Origin: a virus
Length of the DNA: 64,000 bases
Strand: one strand, 5' to 3'
IMG/VR virus record: IMGVR_UViG_3300042691_050360
Coordinates: 32,001-96,000 of that record
In this document: in pieces, positions 27,823 to 37,400 of the stretch
Layout of the letters: every line of letters begins with the position of its first letter
How positions within the stretch are numbered: the first letter of the stretch is position 1
Made by a program: the position numbers and the translations under genes
Notes under the pieces: model-generated
What the model was told of the DNA's origin: nothing
What the model saw: only the letters and a program-made list of their open reading frames with translations
The model's database searches: none

Positions 27823-30174
27823 TTGTTCAGAGATTCCAATATTCCATCATTGACTTCAGTTATGACATCTATGGCACAGAGTGTCTTTGAAAAAACTGCT
27901 TCTAGACAACCTAATGCAACAACTGGTGACCAGGAATGGCCACAAATCAGAACAGCAAAGGGTATTGGGCCAACAGGGGGGCGATATGCACAAATGTCCT
28001 CCAATATGCTTAACAACACAACTACGTCGCCCAATTTTTATTCCCCGTTTCTTACACCGTCGTCTTTCCAAATACCTAGCACCAGAAAGGAAATCTACCT
28101 CTGGTCAAACTGGTGGAGAAATAACGAGCCAAAAGTTGCAGCCGCGATTAACTTTTATACTAACTTTCCATTTAATGGCTGGAAGCTGGAATGTAAATCT
28201 GGAGTAGTTAAAGACTATTTTGAGAAGTTAATTAAAAAACTGAATTTTCAAAAGTTTCTTCCGTTGATATCTAATTCATACCACCTGTATGGAGATGCGT
28301 TCGTGCTTACTGAAATAGACTGCCCTGCGTGTGGCGGGGGAATGATTAACCAAAGAACCGGTGAACTGTGCGAGCACCAAGGTGCAACTTGGAAATCTAT
28401 TTCCATCCTGAATCCAGATTCAGTTATGATTACGCCGGGGTTCGTTTCTACAGAGCCCACTTATGCATATCTACCCAATGACCGGGAAATAAAAGTGGTC
28501 ATGGAGGGCAGACCGAGAGAGCTCTTTGATCAAATTCCAGATGTGGTAAAAGCGAAGATCAGAGCAAAGCAACCAATACCGCTCGATCCTATGTGCATTC
28601 ACCACTTTAAATATGGTTCGGATTATTGGTCAGACTACGGAACTTCAATTGTTAAGCCGCTTTTTGTTACTCTGGCTTATAAAGATAAACTGAGACAGGC
28701 ACAATGGCTGATTGCAGAAAGGCACATTATCCCAACCAAGATTGTTATGGTGGGAGATAACGAAAGACCAGCTTCACAGGCCGACCTTGATTCTGTGCAA
28801 GATCAACTCTCCGCTGTTGCGAATGATCCTAATTTAACACTGGTTGTGCCGCATGCCTTCAAATATGAATTCGTTGGTGCCAATGGCCAAATCCTCCCAG
28901 TTTCGAATGAATTTGAACTTTTAGATCAAGAGATTCTTGATGGATTGATGGTTAATAAAGCACTTCTCAATGGAGAGGGCCCGGCTTATGGTAATGCACA
29001 AGTTGGATTGCTTGCCATGAACGAGCGTCTTGAAACTTGGCGAAGAGAGGTTTCTCACTGGATTCAAGAAAAGCTTTTCAAAAAAGTTGCAGAATGGAAC
29101 GGGTTTTATGCAGAGGGCGAAGGCGGACAACAAGAGCTAATCTATCCTACAATTGTTTTTGACCCACTTCGGCTTAAAGATAACACTGGAACTCTTCAGA
29201 TGTTGGTCACAGCACAGAGCAACGGCGTTATATCTGCGGAAACCTTAGTTGAAGAATTTGGCCTTAACTGGGATCAAGAAGTTGAAAGACTCAGGTTTGA
29301 ACAAGGAATGAATTTTGTTAATTCTTCCGAGGTTATGAATACAGATCTTAATGTTGGTTTTGGTGGAGTTAGTGGGGAAGGTTTCGGGGCAGGTTCTGCA
29401 CCAGGCGGTGCACCACTTGGGGGAATGATGGATGCTGGTGCTCCACCAGCCCCCGGAGGAATGGGTGACATGGGTGCGGGAGCACCAGCTGAAGCACCCG
29501 CCGGAGGAATGGGTGCTCCAGAGCCAGCCGCAATGGCGGAAGTCCTTCATGGACAATATAAGTTCGCTTCAAATTTGATGAATGAAATTTCTTTCAACAG
29601 AACATCAATGGCAAGCCTTGATGATAGGGAATTTATTAGCGAAGTGGACAGAGAGCTGAATCAGAAGTTGGCCGTTACTGGCAGAGCACATGTTGGCGAT
29701 ATTCCTGAAGATCTGGAACCCGTGAAGCCTTGGTCTTGGCATCCTATCGGAGAACCTATGAACTACGATGCTGTAAAGCTGGTTAAAATGGCTAAGGTTA
29801 AACAAAAGCAAAATATCCACGGATATACTTCTTTGGAGAAAAAGCTTTATCAGATTGTGATGCAGATTGGTGCACCTCTGGCTTTTTACGCTCAATATGA
29901 GGCTGGGCCAGGAAAGGAATACATTCTCGATGGTGCCTTCCCTCAAATTAAACTGGCTGTGGAAGCAGATGGAGAAATCTGGCACAATAACCCACAAAAA
30001 ATAGAATCTGACAAAAACAGAGATGTGTCTATTTCAAGACAGGGTTGGACAATCCTTAGGTTCACTGACAAAGAAATTACCAAGCAACCTAAGGATGTAG
30101 CAATGGTTATTAAGCAAGCCATCCAGAAGTTACTTGGTAATTATAACACACCAAGCGGGCAACAGACTGTTTAG
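27823..30174 (+). CDS. Portal protein with C-terminal DUF559/Vsr-like endonuclease domain
   Basis: Portal-like EPKVAAAINFYTNFP, YHLYGDAF, ILNPD, YGTSIV; G/A/P-rich linker; YILDGAF..LAVEADGEIWH..DKNRD..GWTILRF; lies between terL and protease. Confidence 0.85.
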   Translation: MFRDSNIPSLTSVMTSMAQSVFEKTASRQPNATTGDQEWPQIRTAKGIGPTGGRYAQMSSNMLNNTTTSPNFYSPFLTPSSFQIPSTRKEIYLWSNWWRNNEPKVAAAINFYTNFPFNGWKLECKSGVVKDYFEKLIKKLNFQKFLPLISNSYHLYGDAFVLTEIDCPACGGGMINQRTGELCEHQGATWKSISILNPDSVMITPGFVSTEPTYAYLPNDREIKVVMEGRPRELFDQIPDVVKAKIRAKQPIPLDPMCIHHFKYGSDYWSDYGTSIVKPLFVTLAYKDKLRQAQWLIAERHIIPTKIVMVGDNERPASQADLDSVQDQLSAVANDPNLTLVVPHAFKYEFVGANGQILPVSNEFELLDQEILDGLMVNKALLNGEGPAYGNAQVGLLAMNERLETWRREVSHWIQEKLFKKVAEWNGFYAEGEGGQQELIYPTIVFDPLRLKDNTGTLQMLVTAQSNGVISAETLVEEFGLNWDQEVERLRFEQGMNFVNSSEVMNTDLNVGFGGVSGEGFGAGSAPGGAPLGGMMDAGAPPAPGGMGDMGAGAPAEAPAGGMGAPEPAAMAEVLHGQYKFASNLMNEISFNRTSMASLDDREFISEVDRELNQKLAVTGRAHVGDIPEDLEPVKPWSWHPIGEPMNYDAVKLVKMAKVKQKQNIHGYTSLEKKLYQIVMQIGAPLAFYAQYEAGPGKEYILDGAFPQIKLAVEADGEIWHNNPQKIESDKNRDVSISRQGWTILRFTDKEITKQPKDVAMVIKQAIQKLLGNYNTPSGQQTV

Positions 30175-30470
30175 GATTTCTTGAAAAAATTCAAGATCCT
30201 AGATAGGAGAGATGGCTTCTTGCATTTGCAATTATCAGGGCAACCAAATGCTTGTTGTTCTGATAAAACAATACGGTCACTTTCGGTGCAAACCACGCCA
30301 TCTACGGTGGCAGCTTCGCGGCGGATTGGTTTAGCTTCGCCCGTGTCCGCCTTCAGAGAGATATATTCCAAAGCTTCTTCCTCGCTTTGGAATAATTTAA
30401 CAGCTCTCTTTCCGCCCTCCTTCATCATGGCGTACTTGCCGTTTTTCTTGACCACATAATAATTACTCAT
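30171..30470 (-). CDS. DUF2188-like small protein inserted antisense in the head module
   Basis: YVVKKNGKYAMMKEGGKRAVKLFQSEEEALEY resembles DUF2188; start moved to ATG 30470, which has GTATAT 7 nt upstream. Confidence 0.55.
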   Translation of the reverse strand: MSNYYVVKKNGKYAMMKEGGKRAVKLFQSEEEALEYISLKADTGEAKPIRREAATVDGVVCTESDRIVLSEQQAFGCPDNCKCKKPSLLSRILNFFKKS

Positions 30471-30487
30471 AATATAAATATACATAC

Positions 30488-30514
30488 AGGGGCAAGGAAA
30501 AGTTTCCAAGAAAT
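30488..30514 (+). promoter_or_regulatory. Putative late (sigmaH-like) promoter
   Basis: AGGG-N18-GAAAT upstream of the protease gene. Confidence 0.55.
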
Positions 30515-30525
30515 ATAATTTAAGC

Positions 30526-33500
30526 ATGATTAAAAGAGGCATAAGCGGTGGAATGTTGTCTGTTAGTTCTTTAATTGACAAGAGCGAAAGATCAGCATTA
30601 GTTAAAAACACTATGGTAAAAACATCTTCTTCTATACGGGAAGCTGCTAAAATTGGTCTTCAGTCGTTGTATGCTAATGCCGATGAAGTTCTCGAAAGAT
30701 ATAAAGATTTTGATATTATCAAGGAAATGAAGGCCAGAAACGGTGCCAACCTTCTCTGGGTAAGAGCAAGAGCTATTGATGCAGATGTTTGTAATGCAAA
30801 CGGTGACTATTTTGAAGAGTCCGAGCTAACTAAAGAAGTGGATTGCCAGGGCAAGAAAATGCCGGCATACAAAACATTCGAAGGTGTGCCTATTTACACC
30901 AACCATAAAAATGACAACATCGAAGAAGCAAAGGGGATGGTTGTTTATGCTGAATGGGATGATGAAGAAAAGTGCGTCTATTGTGTGTTCTTCATAGACG
31001 AAGATGCTTATCCAGATATCGCCAGAGGAGTGCGACAGGGCTATATCCATGATGTATCAATGGGTTGTTCTGTTAATGAAGGTAAGTGCTCCATCTGCGG
31101 CAACAAAGCAACCACTGAAAAAGATTATTGCGATTGTCTTAAAAAATACAAAGGTAAGATGCACCCATCCGGGAAGAAAGCATTTGAATATAACTATGGA
31201 ATTAAATTCATAGAACTTTCCTGCGTAGGAGATGGTGCCTTTGATGCATGTGAAATTCTTGAGCTTTATGATCAAGATGATCTTCTCCAGAAAGCCGCTG
31301 GAACAATTAAATCAGCACAAGCTTTAAACTCATCAATTTCGCTCGCTGTTTCCATGAATGATGAAATTTCTGACAAAAGAGAAGTGGAATCTGCCTTAAG
31401 ACAGCTACAAAATCTGAACAAAGATATTATTAAAATTGCTCAGACAGCTGGAACCCTAGTTGGTGGACAATTAATAGGAAATGCTGGAGCCCAAAATGCT
31501 ACAGTAGTTAAGGTTTTGCAAGGACTCGGTATTGACCCAAGCGGAAGCTTGAATATTCTTGATCTTGTAAATCTTGCACTCAACTTCCTTGAAGTGGCTG
31601 TTTTAAATCTATTCTCAAGAAAAGATAATATCGACCTTACGCATGTGGCTAAGCTCACAAAAGCAATGGGTGAATTACAGAATACGCTCCAAGACATGAT
31701 CGATGACGGAATTGAAACAGCTGGGCAAAAAGGCGGACAACCAATGATTCCAGCACAGCCTCAGCCTCAAGGCCAGCCAGCTGGAGCTGCTCCGGCAGCA
31801 CCCGCTCAAGAGCCTGCACCAGCTCAGGCTGCAGCACCGCCGGCACAGCAAATGAGTTTCACTCCTGCTGTTGGACAAATGATTTCCCCGTTTTCTCAAC
31901 AACCAATGGCTATGCCATTGGGCGGAGGAGTTTCAGCAAGCAACAACAATGTGAGAATGGTCTGGGCTTCATCAAACAATGAAGTGGAATCAACTCCTAT
32001 GACAAAAAATAATCTTAGTAAATTTGGCAAATTTGCTATTGCATTAAACAATTTGAGGGAAGCCTGTGGCGTTCCTGAAAAAATAAATGATGAGGTGATT
32101 TTTAGCACACCTCAGAACAATAAAATACCAGCTTCGAGCGGAGATAAAAAAATTATGGATCATTTCAAGAAAATTGCATCAGACCTTAAAAAGCAAAATA
32201 CAGTTGCTTTAGCAATCGACATTAAGCTCGATGACCAAAGTGGTAATCGAGTTGTGCTCTCTACAGATAAGGGTATTAAAGGCTTCCATAATGGTCGGCT
32301 GACAAATTGGTCACCCAATCTTACAGATGCTCAACTCAATCAAATGGAAAATGGCGATGGCTACCGTGTCGCCGCCGATCTGCTTAAAGATTTCTCTGAC
32401 GTGGTTAAAACAGCTACCAGTATTGATGCACTTATCTCTCTCGATAAGCATGTGGAAGATCACCACGAAAATACTGAAGTTGTTATTTGCGATGTTATCA
32501 CAGACCAGCATTCGGGTAGCAAAGACGAAACTATGCAGCAAAGAATTGATGGTCGAAGAAAGAATAAAGAGCACGAGACAGTTATGGAAGAGATGCTTGG
32601 AGAAAAGAGAACGAAAGATGAAGTTCGAATTGTGACCGAGCTGGCTAAAGATGCCAAAAAGAATCTTGGTGATACACAGCTCGAAGACATGCTTCACCCT
32701 AATTTTGGTCAATCAGCTGTTCCTGGAAAGGAAATCATGAGCGGTGTTATGAATGCCGTGGTTAAGACATGTGTTGCTACAAAAGCTAAACCAGCTGATG
32801 TTTTGGAATTTTTAACCAAATCTGCATCCAATAAGAACTTTGCAAAGATTCTTAAACTGGCAAGACTCGGAACCACCGCTAGAGAGTTTGATTCAATTAT
32901 GAACAAATTTGCTCAAATGGAACTTCCAGATGATGTTGCAGCTCTTCCTGAAACAACTTCGCCCGATATGGATATGCCTATGGAGCAAGCTGCTATTGAA
33001 GATGTTGCCGATGTCACTTCCCCAGAAGCCACTGAAGGAGAAATCATTTCCGCACTTAATGTCATCAAGGATAACTTTTCCACTGCAGTTGAGAAACTAA
33101 CAGAGCTTCTTGATAAAATGAACCCAGAAGAAGCTACTAAAGAAGATGACATGAAAGATGCTCTGGAAGCTGATGAAGCTGACATGGACGGAGAAACCAT
33201 GAAGGGTGCAGTTACAGGATTGTCACTTGCTGGTGAAGAGCTTGGTGAAAGCCCTGAGTCAATGATTGACGCTGTAAACGATATGCCAGTAGATAAGCTT
33301 GCGTCCAAGATTAACGAAGCTAGAAAAGCATCCAAGACTGGCCGAAGAGCCGCTTCAGTTAAGAGCTTGGATAACAGTATCGCTTGCTGGCTTGCAGATG
33401 TATCAAATGAAAGAAATCTTTCTACAGATAAGATTACACTAGCAGCTAAGCTTTTCTGCTCTTATAAAGAGGCCGCTACGAAAGTATTGGAGAAATCAAT

Positions 33501-34710
33501 TAGAACATCTGAAGTTGAAGTGGTTGATGAAACAATTCATACCACCACAATCATGGCCACCCTTGAAGATATCGGAGCCGATGTAGAAGATGCCGCATTT
33601 AATCAAAAATTCAGAGATTTCGCGGTTGACCTCCTTTCCAACTCTGGTTACGAAGTAGACCCAGGCACATTTGCACTTACTGAAATCAATGTTTCGGCAG
33701 ATGGAATGGTTTGCGGTAAAGTTAGTACACGAGCAACAAAAACATTTAGGCCAGAGATTGCAAAGGACATGAAGCCTGATACATATGTCGATAAAGACCG
33801 AGCTATGATGGAAATCAATTCTCCAGCTTTGATGCCAGATGGCATGCCGGAGAATATGCCAGGAATGGAAGTGGTTCCGTCTTCACCTGGAATGGGTGTA
33901 GAGGCACCAGTTGAAATAGTTATGTCAGAATCTGCAAAGACCACAAGAAAACTCGCAAGATTGAAGAATATAGTAAAGGTTGCACAAGGCCTTGGTCTTC
34001 CAGGTGCACCAGCTCCAGCTGGTGGTGCAGGTGCAGGAGCACCAGGAGTAGGTGCTATGGATCCAAATCTTGGTGGAATGGCAGGCGGCCCTGCAGATCT
34101 CGGTGTGGGATCCCTTACTGGATCTACTCCAGAGCTTGGTGAGCCAACAATCGATGAGACTCCAGAGCCAGGTAATAAATCACCATGGGGTTCAATCTGT
34201 CCTCAATGCGGTTCTAAGGATGTTGATATCGCTAACGGAGAAGGCAACTGTAATGCCTGCGGAGCTAAACTAAAATACAAGTTTATTGTTGAGGTGGCAC
34301 CTCCAGAAGAAGGTGGAACAGGAGAGGCTCCAGCACCCGGACTTGATCTAGAAGCTCCAGCCGCACCGGTTGGAGGACTTGGTGCTCCAGAAGCTGGGCT
34401 TGGTGCCGCAGCACCTGCCGCTCCAGCGGCTCCAGGAATGGCTCCAATGGCGTCTTCGCTCAGAGTAATGAAGAGAATTGCATATACCACTTCTGCTGAA
34501 GTTTACGCAAAATCATTATCTGACGGATTTAATCCACATACAGCTGACAAACTCCCCGTAGGGATGTGCTGTCCAGCTTGTGGATCAAGAACAGCTTCTA
34601 AGAAGCAAAAACACACATACTGCTATGATTGCGGAACAATGTCCGTATCAGAAGTGAAAAAAGTGGCTGGGCAACCAGGTACTTTGGAAGCAAGCATTGT
34701 ATGGATATAA
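30526..34710 (+). CDS. Prohead maturation protease fused to a long scaffold-like region and C-terminal zinc ribbons
   Basis: NANGDYF, YTNH (His), VSMGC (Ser), IELSCV protease motifs; CSIC..CDC insert; A/P/G/Q-rich linkers; CPQC/CNAC and CPAC/CYDC; follows portal. Confidence 0.8.
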   Translation: MIKRGISGGMLSVSSLIDKSERSALVKNTMVKTSSSIREAAKIGLQSLYANADEVLERYKDFDIIKEMKARNGANLLWVRARAIDADVCNANGDYFEESELTKEVDCQGKKMPAYKTFEGVPIYTNHKNDNIEEAKGMVVYAEWDDEEKCVYCVFFIDEDAYPDIARGVRQGYIHDVSMGCSVNEGKCSICGNKATTEKDYCDCLKKYKGKMHPSGKKAFEYNYGIKFIELSCVGDGAFDACEILELYDQDDLLQKAAGTIKSAQALNSSISLAVSMNDEISDKREVESALRQLQNLNKDIIKIAQTAGTLVGGQLIGNAGAQNATVVKVLQGLGIDPSGSLNILDLVNLALNFLEVAVLNLFSRKDNIDLTHVAKLTKAMGELQNTLQDMIDDGIETAGQKGGQPMIPAQPQPQGQPAGAAPAAPAQEPAPAQAAAPPAQQMSFTPAVGQMISPFSQQPMAMPLGGGVSASNNNVRMVWASSNNEVESTPMTKNNLSKFGKFAIALNNLREACGVPEKINDEVIFSTPQNNKIPASSGDKKIMDHFKKIASDLKKQNTVALAIDIKLDDQSGNRVVLSTDKGIKGFHNGRLTNWSPNLTDAQLNQMENGDGYRVAADLLKDFSDVVKTATSIDALISLDKHVEDHHENTEVVICDVITDQHSGSKDETMQQRIDGRRKNKEHETVMEEMLGEKRTKDEVRIVTELAKDAKKNLGDTQLEDMLHPNFGQSAVPGKEIMSGVMNAVVKTCVATKAKPADVLEFLTKSASNKNFAKILKLARLGTTAREFDSIMNKFAQMELPDDVAALPETTSPDMDMPMEQAAIEDVADVTSPEATEGEIISALNVIKDNFSTAVEKLTELLDKMNPEEATKEDDMKDALEADEADMDGETMKGAVTGLSLAGEELGESPESMIDAVNDMPVDKLASKINEARKASKTGRRAASVKSLDNSIACWLADVSNERNLSTDKITLAAKLFCSYKEAATKVLEKSIRTSEVEVVDETIHTTTIMATLEDIGADVEDAAFNQKFRDFAVDLLSNSGYEVDPGTFALTEINVSADGMVCGKVSTRATKTFRPEIAKDMKPDTYVDKDRAMMEINSPALMPDGMPENMPGMEVVPSSPGMGVEAPVEIVMSESAKTTRKLARLKNIVKVAQGLGLPGAPAPAGGAGAGAPGVGAMDPNLGGMAGGPADLGVGSLTGSTPELGEPTIDETPEPGNKSPWGSICPQCGSKDVDIANGEGNCNACGAKLKYKFIVEVAPPEEGGTGEAPAPGLDLEAPAAPVGGLGAPEAGLGAAAPAAPAAPGMAPMASSLRVMKRIAYTTSAEVYAKSLSDGFNPHTADKLPVGMCCPACGSRTASKKQKHTYCYDCGTMSVSEVKKVAGQPGTLEASIVWI

Positions 34711-34713
34711 TAT

Positions 34714-34739
34714 AGGAGATTTGTATTAGCTTATAGAAA
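34714..34739 (+). promoter_or_regulatory. Putative late (sigmaH-like) promoter
   Basis: AGGA-N18-GAAA. Confidence 0.6.
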
Positions 34740-34775
34740 GGTACTATATCGAACTATAAACAATAGGAAACAAAA

Positions 34776-36533
34776 ATGATAGACGGTCAAAGCGAACAAT
34801 CAAAAACTAGAAAGGCAATGAAGAGACACGAAATTGTATCTTCAGACAAAGAGTCTTTCAGAGAATGTAAAAGTGATCTTATTAAGAAAATTGCTATGGA
34901 TGAAAGCGAAGCTGAAGATGTAGCCAGTTCAATAAGAGAGCTTTTTCTCCCAAAGCTTATGAAAGCAGAGGGTCTGGAAGAGGAAGATATGCCTAAAGAT
35001 TTTATTGGTAAAATGACCGATAACGACGATAACTTCGAAACTGAAACACTAAAAATTGAAGATCATGATGAAGACGAGGAAGAAAGCGATGAATTCGGTT
35101 TTTCTTCCGAAGATGAAGATCATGAAAATGATGCCGATGCCGACGATAACGAAGTAGATGCAAATGAAATCGCCACGATCCACATCACAGTTCCTGCGGA
35201 CAAAATAAGAGAAGTTGAAAAGGCTCTCGAAACTGTTCTGGGTGATACTGATGCTATGTCCGAGGATCCAGCAATAGATCACAAAGAAAACACAATAGGA
35301 GATGAAAATATGAACAAAGAAATTGAAGCTAGAAAAGCTTTACGAAAAACAATTCTCGCAGCTATGGCTGATGACGAAGAAGTTCAACAAGTCTCTCGAA
35401 AGGATGGTTTTGAGCATGCCCCAGGCCAACAATATTTCGAGGAAGAAGAACATTCTACGTTCAAAGGCAATTTGACCGATCCCGATTTCGGGACTCTCGA
35501 TTACGCAGACAATAAGATTCCAAGCTTCCTGAAACTTGAAAAAGACAAGGGACTCAAGGAAATCGATTATACAAACTTCGATGGAACCCCAGAGGATTCA
35601 GAAGAATTCACACTTGCATTCGATGCACTTGCTGAACTCGAAATCCCCTCACAAGGTGATGAAGGACTTTATCACGAACTTGAAATTCCATCCGAAGGTA
35701 AGTTGTCACTCAAAAGAACAGTCCAATCTTCAGCACTTGGAGAATTTGACGCGAACGTCGCCGAAGAGGCACTTGCGTTTGCTCTTAAAACCGCTGGTGT
35801 AGAAGAAGAAGACCTTGGCAAATTGACATACGCTGAAGCACTTGACTTGTTCAAGGCTATTAAGACGGCAGAAAAGAGCGACTGCGATGCAGATCGTGTT
35901 ATGGAAGAAACACCTAACAATCCTAAAGAAGCCGTTACAGAAAAGGAAAATCGAAAACACACTGGCACCGAAGAAATTGATCCAGAAAAAGAGCATGAGC
36001 GAAAAGGCAAAGAGCTTTATTCCTCTGCCGATGATCAATATGCTTCTATGCTCCGCAAACTTATGAAGGGTGCGTCTGAGCAAGATGAAGATAAAGAAGC
36101 TGGAGTCATGATCGAAGATCCAAATGCAGATGTCGTTGTTTCTGGTAAAGAAGATGCTGACGAAAAGACCAAAATGGCAAAAGAAGCAGAACTCTTCAGA
36201 GCACGACTCAAAACAGCCTATGCAATGTCAACAAAGCTTGCTACAGCAGGCCTATTGCCAACAGAAGAGCTTGACACTTACGCAGACGGCATGATCAGCG
36301 ATGGTCTTACCGTTACTGCTATGATTCGACAAACAAAACTTATGCTTAATTCAGCTGCTGCTAATTCAGAGAGGCTTGCCTCCAATTCAGCACCACGAGT
36401 TGCTACTGCCGGGATTTCCTTTAATCCTACGGTCAGAGGAGCTAGTGCAGATTTAAGCGGTGTATCAGAAATCCAAAACGCTTTGAAGAATATTGGATGG
36501 ACTGCACCACAAGTTACTGAGATGGAGGATTGA
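34776..36533 (+). CDS. Probable capsid scaffolding protein
   Basis: 585 aa, very acidic, helical C-terminus; lies between protease and capsid genes. Confidence 0.65.
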   Translation: MIDGQSEQSKTRKAMKRHEIVSSDKESFRECKSDLIKKIAMDESEAEDVASSIRELFLPKLMKAEGLEEEDMPKDFIGKMTDNDDNFETETLKIEDHDEDEEESDEFGFSSEDEDHENDADADDNEVDANEIATIHITVPADKIREVEKALETVLGDTDAMSEDPAIDHKENTIGDENMNKEIEARKALRKTILAAMADDEEVQQVSRKDGFEHAPGQQYFEEEEHSTFKGNLTDPDFGTLDYADNKIPSFLKLEKDKGLKEIDYTNFDGTPEDSEEFTLAFDALAELEIPSQGDEGLYHELEIPSEGKLSLKRTVQSSALGEFDANVAEEALAFALKTAGVEEEDLGKLTYAEALDLFKAIKTAEKSDCDADRVMEETPNNPKEAVTEKENRKHTGTEEIDPEKEHERKGKELYSSADDQYASMLRKLMKGASEQDEDKEAGVMIEDPNADVVVSGKEDADEKTKMAKEAELFRARLKTAYAMSTKLATAGLLPTEELDTYADGMISDGLTVTAMIRQTKLMLNSAAANSERLASNSAPRVATAGISFNPTVRGASADLSGVSEIQNALKNIGWTAPQVTEMED

Positions 36534-36559
36534 TTACGAAAGCAATTGATCTACAAAAA

Positions 36560-36586
36560 AGGAATAAATTAAAACTAAGGAGAAAA
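36560..36586 (+). promoter_or_regulatory. Putative late (sigmaH-like) promoter for the decoration and capsid genes
   Basis: AGGA-N18-GAAAA, overlapping an AGGAG SD. Confidence 0.55.
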
Positions 36587-36593
36587 TAATAAA

Positions 36594-37382
36594 ATGGCAT
36601 TACGAGCATTAAATTCAGTCGTGGCAGCTAACTACAGCAAGCTGTCTATCGATTCTGTTCTTGCTGGCGACATTGTAGCATTCTCGAACTCGGGGAACGG
36701 CACGGCAGTTAATCCTGCTTGTGTTTTCCGAGCTGACAGACATAATAGCAGTGCGGCAGGCTTCACAGGACCGGTTCAAACTATCACTAACCTTTTGCGA
36801 GGTTTAATCGTTGGCGTGTGTGCGGACGACGCAGTAGGTAACAACCCTGCGGGCGAAACCCCAACAATGATCAACAACGACCCAGCGGGTTCCAACTTCG
36901 TCAATGGTAGTGCTTTCCAAAGCTACACCAATGGATTCTATGTTGGAGTTAAGCGAGCAATTGCTGACTTCAAGGACGAGTCTGTTGACGTTGTTACCAA
37001 CCTCACGGCAGGTATTCCTACCTATTCTTCGAGAGGCGTTACCGTTTACACCACACCTTCGTCGCAATTCGTTACTGACCGATTCGCACTTCTTACCGCA
37101 CAAAATGCTGGTAATGACCTAGCAAACTGGACAGGCACCACTGGCAGCACTGCTCCAGCACCTGGCGACCTTCTGACTGTTGGAGCGAGTAACGGCCAGG
37201 CTACGTCTGTGGCTGCAGCTTATGCTAACACAGCTCAAGCACCAACTGTTACCGGAGCTACCTCTGGTACAAACAACCGAGGACTTCTTGTCTCAGCAGC
37301 AACAGCAACCGCTGTTCCTGTTATTGGACGAGTAGACTTCTACGACTCAGGAGCAGGATTGCTTTACTGGACGTTGATCTAA
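36594..37382 (+). CDS. Probable capsid decoration/cement protein
   Basis: A/T/G/N-rich beta-type protein directly upstream of the MCP; GVCADD, PGDLLTVG, VIGRV. Confidence 0.65.
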   Translation: MALRALNSVVAANYSKLSIDSVLAGDIVAFSNSGNGTAVNPACVFRADRHNSSAAGFTGPVQTITNLLRGLIVGVCADDAVGNNPAGETPTMINNDPAGSNFVNGSAFQSYTNGFYVGVKRAIADFKDESVDVVTNLTAGIPTYSSRGVTVYTTPSSQFVTDRFALLTAQNAGNDLANWTGTTGSTAPAPGDLLTVGASNGQATSVAAAYANTAQAPTVTGATSGTNNRGLLVSAATATAVPVIGRVDFYDSGAGLLYWTLI

Positions 37383-37400
37383 TAAGGAGGATATAAAGAA

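Noticed and set aside
27823-30174. Intein in the portal (DUF559 domains often occur in inteins)
   Set aside because: No N-terminal Cys/Ser block or His-Asn splice junction; the domain is at the extreme C-terminus
30471-30611. N-terminal extension of the minus-strand ORF 30171-30611
   Set aside because: It overlaps the protease start and its promoter; ATG 30470 has its own upstream promoter-like motif
29380-34450. Collagen-like repeats in the G/A/P-rich stretches of portal and protease
   Set aside because: No sustained Gly-X-Y periodicity; treated as disordered linkers
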